A stretch of 64,000 nucleotides of DNA from Oikopleura dioica (Eukaryota; Animalia; Chordata), in contig OU015569.1 in the NCBI GenBank assembly GCA_907165135.1, forward strand, positions 8,308,001 to 8,372,000. Direction: 5' to 3'. The translations under genes were made by a program, and so were the position numbers. Below are positions 46,476 through 58,446 of the stretch, piece by piece. How positions within the stretch are numbered: position 1 is the first letter of the stretch; the number at the start of each line of letters is the position of its first letter. The notes beneath the pieces are model-generated. The model saw only the letters and a list, made by a program, of their open reading frames with translations. It did no database searches and had not been told where the DNA came from.

Positions 46476-49400
46476 CTAAGGTGAACTATTTTCATCTTCA
46501 GGTGAATATTTAACTGGTTTTATAGAACAAAGGAAGGAAGCGGAATAGCTAGCGCTGACAGAATATCGTTGGAACTCGGACATTGAAAGAGGATACAATC
46601 CAAAGCCACAAGGGTCGATTTGAGCATAAACTAGGCCGTATTTGTTGACTTTATCAATGCACTCGAAACGCTTCTCCAAAACAACTGTCTTGTCATTCGG
46701 ATTGAAAATGATGATTTCTCCCTAGGAGCAAAATTTTAGATTTCAAGAAATTTTGAACATTTTACCTGATTCGTAACTGTGATAAGAGCACTATGGTTCG
46801 TAAATCTACATGACTTTGCTCTGAGCATGAGGGATCCTTCGAGCGCAGTCAACTTGAACTTCTTCTTTGAAAGCAATTTCGGTAGACTGAAAACTTTCAC
46901 TTGCTCTTCAGTCGTAACCATCAAGTAGTGATGGTTTGACTTCGAAGGCGAAGAAGTCCCAACAGCTCCTTTTGAATCCATCACGGTGATATTTATAACT
47001 GGGGCGCGGTGTGACAATTGCAGCTCCTTTCCATTAACCAGCTCTACAGCTCGCTCGGAACGTTTACTATAGTCCGGAACATTCAGCCCGTACATAGCCA
47101 CGCAACCACCCGCGGTACCGACAAAAAAGGACGGTGAGATCCCATGCCCGTCTTTTGTGTAAGTTGTTGCAAAGTACGTTACTCTCACTATTGCCGCCGT
47201 GCGAGATGTTTCTGCTGATGGAATTTGCGTATTACGCATCACAATCTTATTTATATTCATTTATTTTTTCTTGCACACTTGTACTAACCTCTCTTTCTTG
47301 TTTCATCTCTGCTTCAAGTCGTCTGTTCGCCTCGTCTATCTTCTTTGATTTTCCGTTTCTCTGCAAGCTCATCGGCCTTCTTCCAGATGACCTGATTGAG
47401 CCTCTATTTCTTACGCGAATCGAGCTCCGGATTCTTCTCATCGACTGGCGCAGAGATTGCTTCATATTCGAGAATCGAGAAAGTCCTCCCTCTTGAGCTG
47501 GATCTGCATTCTGTAGCGTGCATTTAGCCACCACAACATTCATTATTCTAAAAACAATTTACTAAATGATCAGCAATAAGAATAACCTGTAGTCGAAGAG
47601 CGCATAACCATGACTCGTTCCAATTCCTACAAGACCCCACGATGACTCAATAGCAACCGAAGTGATTGCAGCTGGCGGCATCATTTGGCCGATACAATGA
47701 GCCTGGTATCCTTTTGGCTCGTATCTATGGGCGTCCTTGCTTTGTAGGGCAGGATGTCCCTTCCATACCACGCTTGATTGATCTTTTACCACGTCTATCG
47801 TTTTGTAGAGAGGTTTGTTATCGTTCGAGTCTGATACGAGATGAACAATAACAACTTGTCCAGCTGTTCCACCAATTAGTACAGCCCCTGACGTCGGACA
47901 TATCTCTATTTTTCTAATCCCTAGTCGCGGGTCGTCGGAATAAGGATCAAACTCGCCGACCTTCCGGAATGGTGGCCACTCCTCTAAAATGGAAGTCAAG
48001 CTCAATTATTAGTAATGCTTCGCATATACCTTCTTCTTCTGGCTCGCCCTCATCGTCCGTTATGAAATAATGAGCAGTTTCAATTTTTGCAATCAGTTGA
48101 AAGTTGTTATCACACAAATCCCATATTCTAACAGCGCCATCTTCGTGCCCGGTCAAGATCACCGGACAAAGTGCGTCTTCTTGATCCGCTGGTTGATGTG
48201 AAAGCTTCTTGCCTCCGTTGATTGGCCACGCTCTTGACGAGTACTTTTTATCATCTCCTTTGCACAGGTTTTTGATCTTTGCCAGAATAGTTTTTGATAC
48301 TAAAAATGCTAGAAAGACTTGAGTGTAAGCAAGTCACCTTGGGACATGTTGCAGCCTGTGAGTGCTGAAGAGTGCGGGGAAGCCAAGTACGGACTCCTTA
48401 ATACAGGCCAATTCGGAGATATCAGGTCAATGGCGACAAGCTCTTCTTCGCAAAGAACAATTAATGCCTCCGCATCTCCATTTTTAGTTGCAGTAAGACG
48501 GTAGTCGATGATTTTTGAAGAAAAGTCAAAGGCGACTGTTATGGTTGAAGAGCAGACAGTTATTGAATATCTGATGATCTGGAGTAAACACATTGCACTA
48601 TATTTCTGTTTTACCTATCACCGTAAGACGAGCGAGGAAGACCGCCATGAATTATTTTGATGTCTTTTAATTTACTTAATCTTTGTATAGGTTTGCATTT
48701 TTCATTCCGCTCACACAGCGAGCCATAAATATTTGCGTATTCGGAAGAGCATATGCTCTCGTCGAGATTCCAGACTAAGGTCGCTCCGTCGTTAAATCCT
48801 AATTGTAAATGTTAATTGAAGTAGATACTAAATCAGTACCAATATATACTTGTCTCTTATCAAACCAGTCGAGCGCTTCAATCTGCAGATTATTTTTCGT
48901 GTAGAATATCTTGTTAACTTCTTTTGAATCAAGGTTGAAGATCACCGCGACTCCTCGAGCATACGCAATGGCTATTTGATTCCCTCGAACGTGGATTTCC
49001 TCCACCGCCCGTAGATTGTTGTATTCATCGGAAAGACAAGACGCTATCGTAGCGTGATTTAGGGCTTGGTCCAATTCATTATATTTTCTTTCACATGTGT
49101 CCGCTGATAAGCTGAAGATGTCTCCCTAAATCCAATCTTTATTCATGACCATGATTTTTCCAGGATACCTGATCAGTTCCACATAAAATTAAGTTACTTC
49201 TTGGATAATATTCTATAGCTGTCAGTTCCACACGTGTTTCAGGCTTGAAAGTGCATCTCAAAGCTAGATTATTTTTGAGAAGTAGTCTTCTTTTTTAAGT
49301 TACCTAGCCCCATTTCTCCTTTAGTCCCTGTTTTCAAAGGGATAATATGAAATATTTGCAAACTCCAGTCTTCCAAGACAGCAGCTATTGCACCCCGTCC

Positions 49401-49695
49401 CGGAAGCCATTTTACTCTGTTTATAACAACCTCATCTTCTGTTGCGCCGATCATTTCTACACCCGGTGCTCCGTAGATTCGAATACATCCTAATCGTGAT
49501 CCTAAAAAATTCTACACTGGCTGCTTTCAAGGAGACCGAACCGATAGCGAGTAAGTTTAAAATGGGATCAATATCAAGACATGTTGGTTGAGTTGGAAAG
49601 CCGTGTGTGATCGAAGCAGAGAAGTTGTAGTCCGCTAGACGTTTGTCGTAGACGTCCGGGCCCGCATCCTGCCGGCCGCGTAGAAAATTGAGCAT
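46476..49695 (-). CDS. LLGL: Lethal giant larvae (Lgl/LLGL) WD40 polarity protein
   Basis: HGFPTQPTCLDIDPILNLLAIG; FDFSSKIID...LIVLCEEELVAIDL...PYL; LTGHEDGAVRIWD; FRKVGEFDPYSDDPRLGI; aPKC site cluster KQSLRQSMRRIRSS; no C-terminal R-SNARE, so not tomosyn. Confidence 0.9.
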
Positions 49696-49753
49696 TCGCG
49701 AAGACGATTTCCGGCTAGTACATCTGAATTGCAAAAAATAAGAGATGGATTGA

Positions 49754-52294
49754 TTACTGAAAATCAGTAGAATCAAGATCAATGAGCACAGATTCACTCT
49801 CGTCGGTAGAGTCTTCAGTGAATTCACTTGAAAGTTCCCACTTTTCAAAGCCGGGCCAATCTTTCCGCCGAAGCGTGCCTTTTCCGCGAAAAACGCCCAT
49901 TGATCCATTCTCTTTGAAGCTGGTGGCGAAAACGCCACTATAAAAGTGGCTGGAGTGGCACTCGTTCGCCTTCATATGGGTTTTGCCAGACATAAATTGC
50001 TGCAGTTGAGGTGCTATCGAGATCGTGCCCTTTTCATCTTCCTAAATTTATGGAAATGTAAACGAAATAAAACTGAGTCCGACTACTTTTTGTTGTTTTT
50101 CAAGCAGCACATTCATCAGCACACCGGTAGACGCGAAATTCCCATCACACGTGTAACAATAGCGCAATTCATCTTTTCTGTCGTCTTCGTGAAAAATGCC
50201 AAGTCGTGAGGCAATAAAATCGTCCCGTAGATTTACTTGGCCGAAAGTATGCCACAGCCCTGTCGATGGAGACCTGGCCTCTACCTTGATCGATCGCATA
50301 GATGAAAATTGCAAATTGGTGATTCCAGACTCCACCACTCGGTACTCGATTTGGAACGAGGATAGAATATTTTCAATAGCGCTGAGATTAGCAAAGAATG
50401 CTTTCTCAGATTGCCGCGAAGTTCTGGACACGGAAACGAAAGGAAACTCGGTCGATTTTTGATCTCCTCTTTTGAAATCAGTGAAAAGATGATGAGTTTG
50501 TTTTCTTTCAAAATATTCGAATTTTCGAGAGATGACAGCAGAATGCAGATGATAAATAGACTCTTCGCGAGCTTGGATGTTCTTATCGCTCAGTTTTGGG
50601 CCACAGAAAGCCTCTTTGACAAAGGGCCCTGGCCGTTTAGATGAAACGTACTCCAAATGACCAGACATCGCCAAAACACTCAACATATACTTTTCAAGAG
50701 CAGAATAAAACTCTGCCAGTTGCCCATAATAGATCAAGGACTTGCTCGAATCATGTTGATTGCTGTTAACGATTATCTCATGGTCGAATAACTGTTTCAA
50801 CTGATCCGCAGTCAGTCCTTTTTTAGACGTTTCTTGCTTCGAAGTTTTTAGCACCATATCTCGCTCTTTTGTTTGCGAAGAAATAGCGTTAGGAATCGCT
50901 AGGGCGTCTTTGAAAAGAACATATTCAGCATGTTGTTTTTTGAGAAAGCATTTATTCGATTCATTCTTCAAATGCTTCACATGGTCTTTTTTCTGGATAA
51001 AAACATTCAATATTTTACATACTATAGTAATACATATGTAATACATAGTGTTTGACTCAATACTATAATGATCAATTACTTTCTCTATATGTCGAATTAA
51101 TCCGTGCCTAAAGCAGCAGCTTTCGCCGCCTTGAATCTCTTCAACTCGTCGTGTCCTTTTGTCGAGCACTAAAAATTACTGACACACTTGAATGCAAATG
51201 AAAGATACCTTTTTCTCTGCGTCTAAACTGAACTTTTCATCGAATTTTTCTTGTTCCTCGTTCCATAAATTACTCGCCTTCTTCGCGTGACTTATTGCTC
51301 CAAGAAGATTCTTTTTCGAAGAAATTACATTTTCTACGGCGTCACTCGGCAGAGATCTGAGGCTGCAAAGTTTTTGGAAGCGAAAAAAGGACTTTTCAAT
51401 GGCATCGACGTTGAGCCGCGGTCGACGGATGCGCTTGTACATGAACGCAGTGAATAAATCTGATTCACTTGTGATTTCCCCATTTCTCAGCTTTATATGT
51501 ATTTCTGCAGGCGTTACACGCTCGTCCTGAGCGCTTACAATTTTCTGAACATGCTCAGAGATCGTTAAACTCCCGCTGCTTTCTTTCTTTTTGTTTTTGC
51601 TCAGTAAGTCAACTATTTCTTTGTCCAAGTTCAATTTGGAAAAACAAGGCAGCTCTTCCGAAGCGTACTCAAGACTTCCTTCCCAAAAGTTTTTCTCAAA
51701 GCTCATTTGATCGGTGATTCCTGAAGACCATCTTCTCTCAATAGAGTCGATTGTCTCTTCGTCCAGAATAGTTTTCAATCTTTTCCAGCGCACGTCCGCG
51801 GGCGAGCCTATCGAAAGCTTCGCAAACTCCTCGCTGTAGCTTCTGTTATATTTCTCAAGTAGAAGACTTTCAAAAAAGCTGATCGAGGTAACGACATCGT
51901 GCGCAGAGTAAGGTTTTCCTTGCTTGAGGCGCCAACCAGGCGTTCGTACTCCTGATATTCCTTCTTTGTGAAAGTATTTACTGTAAAATATGACAAGATG
52001 GAGGCGCACAGTCGGATTTGCTGTTAAAAATTTTTCATTGAACTCGTGAAGATCCCTGTGTTTTGTATTCTGCTTTCGTACAGGAGGCTTTCTCCCAGTA
52101 AGTATTTCCTTAGCCAAATATTTAAGATCGTTTGATTTCTCTTCAGCGATTTTTGTCTTCATTTTGCTCAGGGACTCTTCAAGTGGGACTGCTGTTGGCT
52201 TTAGCCACTCTAGATTGTCTTTGAGGAGCAAGTTGGACGACGACAAACTCCGCGAGAGCACTATCGGCCGAACTCGCTTTGGAATTGAAATCAT
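49754..52294 (-). CDS. Mitochondrial seryl-tRNA-synthetase paralog with degenerate catalytic motifs (SLIMP-like) and a long N-terminal extension
   Basis: Presequence MISIPKRVRPIVLSRSLSS; RPRLNVDAIEK...(SerRS arm); DALAIPN; YYGQLAEFYSAL; EYRVVE...SIKVEARSP...FGQV...DDFIASRLGI...LRYCYTCDG...LMNVLLEKQQ|EDEKGTISIAPQLQQFM. Confidence 0.75.
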
Positions 52295-52752
52295 TCTATA
52301 AACATTTCTTCTTTTAATTTCGCGTTTTCCTTTCGGCAGTTTATTTCTTGGAGCCCTGGAGACACAAACGTGGGCAGCTAGTTACGAAAGGCCTCGACAG
52401 TGGTACAGCAGGTTATGAACTTCAGGAAATAATTACGCAGCTGGTGCGGGGCCTTGATTACCATTATTCGGCCAAAGGCGCCTCAGTCTTCTATCGAGTC
52501 TCTCGAGTCTTCTCTCGAAGTTTTCTGAAATATGAATCATTCCAATATATTTAATACTAACCTAAAATTACCGTAGTCTCTCAAAACTTCGATCAACTCT
52601 TGTTCATCCATTTGCAACTCTTTTCAGCTCTTGAATGTCTCAGTAAGATATGAGAACAAGTTTTTGAATTATGTACAGGTTTATTAGTAAGGATTTGTGA
52701 AATCAATAGAAATATGTACAGTTTTTAAAACATATCAAAAGTCGACAGTGTG

Positions 52753-54125
52753 TTAATTGTTTAGAATATGGCTAATATTGTGAGGAATGTTGGAGGTATT
52801 TGGATGCATGGACATGTTGGAATTAGACTCGTTGTAGTCCAATTGTAAAGCGTAGAAGAAGTTTGGATCCGCCCAATTCTGGCCTGGTTGATTAACGCCC
52901 CATTCTGAAATCGGCCAACTGAGGCAATCAAGAGGAGCTTCGCCCATCTGGAAGTTGTTCTTAAATGATGTAGAGAGTGAAGAACCAAATATCTGTTACT
53001 CGTACCGAGAATGATTGCGCGCTGGGCTGACTATAGATAGGAGCAGGCATATGCTTTCGCGACTGCTGCTGACTTTTTTCATTGGAAAAGTAATTTGTGG
53101 CCGGAATAGGCGTAACTGGAAATTCGTTGAGCTGATGAATGTACGGATTCGTCAGTGAGTCGATCGAAAAGGTTGAATCAAATCCAGCGGAGTTCTTGTT
53201 CGAGGGCTTCTGATATTTTGAGACAGGCCGCGTGTCCCACGATGAAGCATCTCGCTTTCTTTCTCGTGATTTCGGTTGCTTTGGAACGCTCTTAATTATT
53301 ATTTTCATAGGCTTATTATTTTTACGCAAACCTTATGAGCCCGTTGAGTTTTGTTTGTTTCCGCCGCTCCACTCATATCCACAGCTGGCGAGAAGAGCTT
53401 CTTCTTGACGGTAGATTTGATAGGCGATTTATGAATGTTCATGTCCCAGGGTCGCGCTACTGTAAGTCCTTCCGGATCGAAGTTTGATTTAGCTGGCGTG
53501 TTAAGCTGATCGTTGCCTTTGCGACAGGAAGCTTCTGATATCAGATGATTGATGTTGAACTGTTTGGACGACTTCGAAGGAGAGTCAAGCGAGGCTGTCT
53601 GGCACTCTACGCTCTTTGGGTAGACATCAGTCTGCGTAATAGACGATACACAAGTCGGTTTCACTATGGATCTTTTAGCACCATTCTTATCGGAAAGCTA
53701 TCGCTATTTAGTTACCTTGGACGTCTCTATCTGTTTTGTATGTGATAGTTTGCGTCGAAGACGAAGTAGTAGACACTTGTTTTAGTTTCGTCAATTCTTG
53801 TGTTACAGCTTGCAAGTACTCGATCACCATCTCGCACAACAGATAATTCGGTATTTTCCACGTTTTCAGGTCTTTGTTTATATTCTTCTGGACACCAGGA
53901 GTGCCAACCTTGATCTTTGCTATGCACGTCTCGAGGTAAGAAATTGGCAAAAGACCTTGCATGTTGAGAAAAGCTACTTTCCAGTTTCGACAAAATCGTT
54001 ATAGATGCGGAAATACCTTTTGTCAGACGCTCACGTCGCTCTTTCTCCTTCCCACGAACAATATCTGGGTTTTTTCTTTTCCATGCGTCCACTTTCGTGC
54101 TTTTCCTGTACTCTTATCACAAGGG
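52753..54125 (-). CDS. Divergent bHLH transcription factor (start unresolved)
   Basis: RGKEKERRERLTK|VAFLNMQGLLP (basic region + helix 1), a long loop, then KIPNYLLCEMVIEYLQAVTQELTKLKQ (helix 2); long Ser/Pro/Asn-rich C-terminus. Confidence 0.6.
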
Positions 54126-55750
54126 ATGAGCAATAATATTGACGACTCAATTTTAATAACATGTTTTTTGTTGATATCCTGCTTGTGTAAAATGCTCTTA
54201 AAGTCAACCCTGCACTGATTCCATTTCGCGAGCGATCCGAACGTCTATCACTCTTCAAAACATTTTATCAAGAAAGGAACTTACAATGAATTTAACTATA
54301 TTTATTCGAATATTCTATTTAAAAAGATTTAAGAGCAGTAAGGGATAATATATAAGTCCGTCCGTTCCGGGCGGGGCGAAGTTCTGAAAAACTAAAAAGA
54401 TGGAATTTGTTCAAGAAGGCTAGAAAATTTAACATGAGTTCTAACAGAGGTTAAAGTGATCAATGCGGTGGGAATTCTACTAAGAATAAGCGATGGAAGT
54501 CGCCCAAGATAAAATTTGAAAATACTAGTGGGAATTATCGTTAGATAGTTTTCAAAAGACAATCCTATCTAGCGATTTTTCTATCAGGAAACAGTTTCAG
54601 TGCAACTCTTCCTAGAATAAATAGTTAATAACAAGAAGGTCGATTATTTTGGAAATTCGAAAATTTTGATTCAGCAAAAAATTCATTTGTGCTGTGAGAG
54701 GTCAAAAGGTATTGCTTGGGATAATTTTAAATTTAATTTTTGGTTCGAAAACTGTGTCGACAGAGGGAAAAATACTGTGTGAACGATGGTATAGTCAGTA
54801 TCAAATATTATTCCACGAAATATATAAAAAAGATATAAATATATCAAATAAACAATTGAACCTGAAAACGCGAATTATTGATAATTGATCAGTTGGGAGT
54901 ACACTCTCCCAAAAGGTCATCAGAAAAACATAATGCACGAGGAATAAGTTCTAAATATATAAAAGGCGCTCGAAGAAAGACCTTCGAAGTTGAACAACAG
55001 CAAATCACGGAAAACAAGTGATTGAGATGCTGTCAATCTCTGCCTATATAAAAAATATTAACAAACTCCGTTCAGCGTGAGAAACGCAAAAAATAATTTG
55101 AAACAAACCATTCTGGATATTCGTTGGAGAATGGCGGTCTCATAGAAAATATAATTCAGATATTAGATGTTAGAATGGGAGGTGCATAGAGAATATGACA
55201 CCGGAATAAGAATGATTGAATTGGGGCCTGAAGACGGACTGCTAGAGAATAGCGCCGGCATTCTTGAGGCTAAACAACGAAAAATTGAATAGAAAATATA
55301 ATAGAATTGGAAATATCGGGGAAATCGATCGATTTCAAAAGAATCATATATCAGAGATATAATAAGTTGGTTGGGGTTGAAAAACCCTTATGAATTTTAG
55401 AGTTAGAGTTTGTTTAAAGGCTCGAATTTGAAAGGCAAAGAAAAAACCAAAAACGTAAAGAGAAACATGCATAAATTATGAAACTACAAAATAGAATATT
55501 GAAATGAATGAGAATGTTTGATTTCTTTAGTCAATAACGTGGTCTGAACGTCTTCCAGTGCTGAAATTTGGCACTGATGATGACATGTAACTTAGATGAA
55601 CTTATAACTATTGAAGGAAAACATCTGATAGGAGTGTCGGATACTGTTAATATTCTAGGGGCGGTCAAGACATCAAAAAATCAGGTCTGGACTTAGTAAC
55701 TCGACTTTTATCCACTCTTGGTCGGACGAAACAAGTCTCTAGCTATTTTT

Positions 55751-58446
55751 TTAACATTCAGCGTCTAGGATGCTTTCCAGAAGTTCTTTGTCGCGATTGA
55801 GCGTCTTTAAAATCAGTTCGATGTCGTGTGGTGAGGCGGGGCAGCGGTTACCAGTTCTCTGCGCGTTACGGATCTCGGCGATCACCCGGCCCGCCGCTAC
55901 GTTGCGCATAGCTTCGCGAAGCTACGCCAGATTAGTTCTTATCCTTATAAAACCTAGCTTCTCACCTGATCAAGCTCTCTACTCTGATCCATGATATGCT
56001 TCCTCGCCTTGTCGTATTCGCTCTTGTAGAAATCAGATTGTCGACGGGCGTTTTTCTCCAGCTACGTTAAAATTAAGGCTCACAAGATCGACGCAATGAA
56101 ATACCTGTCTGTAAGCATTTTCCGCGTTGTAAAGATCTTTCTTGAGCTTCATGTTCTCTTGCTGAAGCAATTCCTCATTGAAACTACGACTGTGGCTGGA
56201 GCCATCGTTCCCTTGGAGCACAGAATTTCGAATAGCTGTTGTGATAGAGTTCTGACTGTTCAGCGAGTTCTGAATTGAAATCGGAGAGGACGAACCGATG
56301 CCGTTTGAGCCCGCGACGCCACGTAAATTATTGCTGAAGTTGGTCCAGTCATTGAAGCTCCGCGATGGAGGCGAATCTTTCCTCCAGATGTTGCCTTCAT
56401 TGAATGAGTAATTTGCGCTCTGGGTTCTTCTTCGCGAGAACTCATCTACGAGCGCCGTCTCGTGCTACAAAACGAAAATTAATCGAACGAATGAGTGCCA
56501 CAACAAGTACCGGTTGCGCGGGACCAAAGTAGCCAGATTTCGCTTCCTCTTCCTGCGTTTCATTATGGAACTCGTTGATGTCGGTTATCTCTCTAAAAAC
56601 ATCTGGACTCCATGGGTCAGACTCTCTCGTTTTCTCCTCATCTTCAGGATGTGGAGGCCATCTAGAGCTCTTGTGATCTTCATGAGCATCCCGTCTACGT
56701 GGAGACTCAAATTTAGGGCTGTTAGAGGCCACAGAAGGTGAACTTGGCGACTGAAAAAGTTTCATGAGAAGTGATTTTCGTGGAAGAAAGATTTATCAAA
56801 ATTATAACGTAGACAAGGAAGATTTACCTGAGCAGTAATTCCAGAGTTGTTATTCCAAATCTTAGGCTGAGGAATATCTATCGAAGGCTGATTTGTTTCT
56901 GCCTGTCTTTGCGGCCTCGGTATTTCTTGCGAAGTTCTTCCCCAATTTGATACTTTCGCTGTCTTTAAACTTCCGTCTCCATTGTTCCGGAAATTAGAGA
57001 AAGACTGTGTTCTTCCTCTTCCTCCCTCCGAACCGGAGACAGAGTGGCGCATGTTTCGCGCTTCTAGCTGATCTCGTCTGCGTTGTCTAATAACGTATTG
57101 AAATTTTAACAGAGCTAGGCGAGCTTACCTTGCAAGTTCAAATTGAGCGTCCGAAGATGTTCGAATTCTCATCTTGCCCTGGCCTCCGATTTCGCCGTCT
57201 TCATCAAGCTGTTCCACATGCGCGAAAGCACAAAATGGGCCTCTGGGACAATAGCCTGTTTGTTGCATATCGTGGCACTTAGTCGACTTGTAAATGTCCG
57301 GATGAAACTGCTGCTCAGTACGCGTGTGACACATACAACAACTGTCCCCTTTCTCGCACTAAAGAAGAGGATCAGTATTTGCCTCTGAAAAAGCTCACTT
57401 ACTTTCGCTGGATCTTGCCAATCATCTCCCACTTTTTTCACTGCAGGACATGGCGTCGATCGATATTTGAATTTTTTGGGATTTCGTCTTCGATCTTTAG
57501 GATTATGGAAATGTGGACAGGCGTATCCTTGACGGCAGAGGCGCGGCGGGCGTTTACAAGTGTCCGTTTTGTAATTGCTCAGGACGAAATCAGCATTATT
57601 CCACTAAATATAAGCATTAAGGGGAGCGATAAGAAAAATGAATCTACCTTGTTGTCATCCAAAGAAAGTTTTTCTTGGAGATCGCCTTTAGACGAAACCT
57701 CAATTCCACAAGAAGCATCGAAAGTGGGGCTTCGAAGGTCATCAGCGCCATGTCCGAAAGCACAATGGGGACCGTTTTTCTCACAATGTCCATTTTCGTC
57801 CGTTTCATGAATACACGCAGCTGTCTATCGAGTCATTTAATCAGATGAACTTTCTCGCAATCGTTGTTTACCTTGTAATAGCGGAGGTGATATCTTCGTT
57901 CAGTATCGCCAGTTACCCGGTGAAGATACGCACAACTGTCTCCATCAACACACGTTCCTGTTGTTTCGTCGTATCTGAAGCGAAACTTTTACAACGCACT
58001 CGAGAACGGAGATACTCACTTATTACAGTAAATATCTGGGGAATAGTTGAACGGCTTGTCAGCGCGCTGAATTGGTCGTCTTCTCCGTTGATTCTGGAAA
58101 TGCCAGTTGAAGCAGGTAAACGGGCGATGCTGTGTGCACTTGTGTTGCAGGAAAAGAGGACATTGGTTCACCCTGGAAAATGGCAGTTGAAAAAGAATAA
58201 GAGTATATGCAATTACCGAAAGTTTTTCAAGTATCCCAGGTGGTTGGGCTTCTCGTTCTTTGTTATTTGCGAGAAACAGTCGTCGGAACCAGCTTGTTCA
58301 GTTTCATTTTTCGTCGGCATGCGGTTCGCTGCTTCCGGGTTCATTTTATTACCGCTGTTCTGATGAAGCCTGTCATCGATGGGGAAGTTATAAGATTGGG
58401 AGTCGTTTATCGCTGTCGTGGGAGCCATGAGCGTCTCAGTCGCCAT
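55751..58446 (-). CDS. UNK: Unkempt CCCH zinc-finger RNA-binding protein
   Basis: EKPNHLGYLKNFR|...CPLFLQHKCTQHRPFTCFNWHFQNQRRRRP...YSPDIYC...HRVTGDTERRYHLRYYK...CHTRTEQQFHPDIYKSTKCHDMQQTGYCPRGPFCAFAH. Confidence 0.93.

Noticed and set aside
46476-49695. Tomosyn (STXBP5) as the identity of the WD40 gene
   Set aside because: It has the Lgl aPKC phosphorylation cluster and no C-terminal R-SNARE helix.
54300-55750. Possible transposon or hidden gene in an AT-rich, strand-skewed region
   Set aside because: No ORF of note, no TIR/LTR and no repeats. It is more simply the unk 3'UTR plus the bHLH upstream region.
49432-58363. Long listed ORFs such as 49432-49938, 57379-57810 and 57845-58363 (also 24112-24531 and 26533-27006 elsewhere)
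   Set aside because: They are antisense or off-frame shadows of identified genes.
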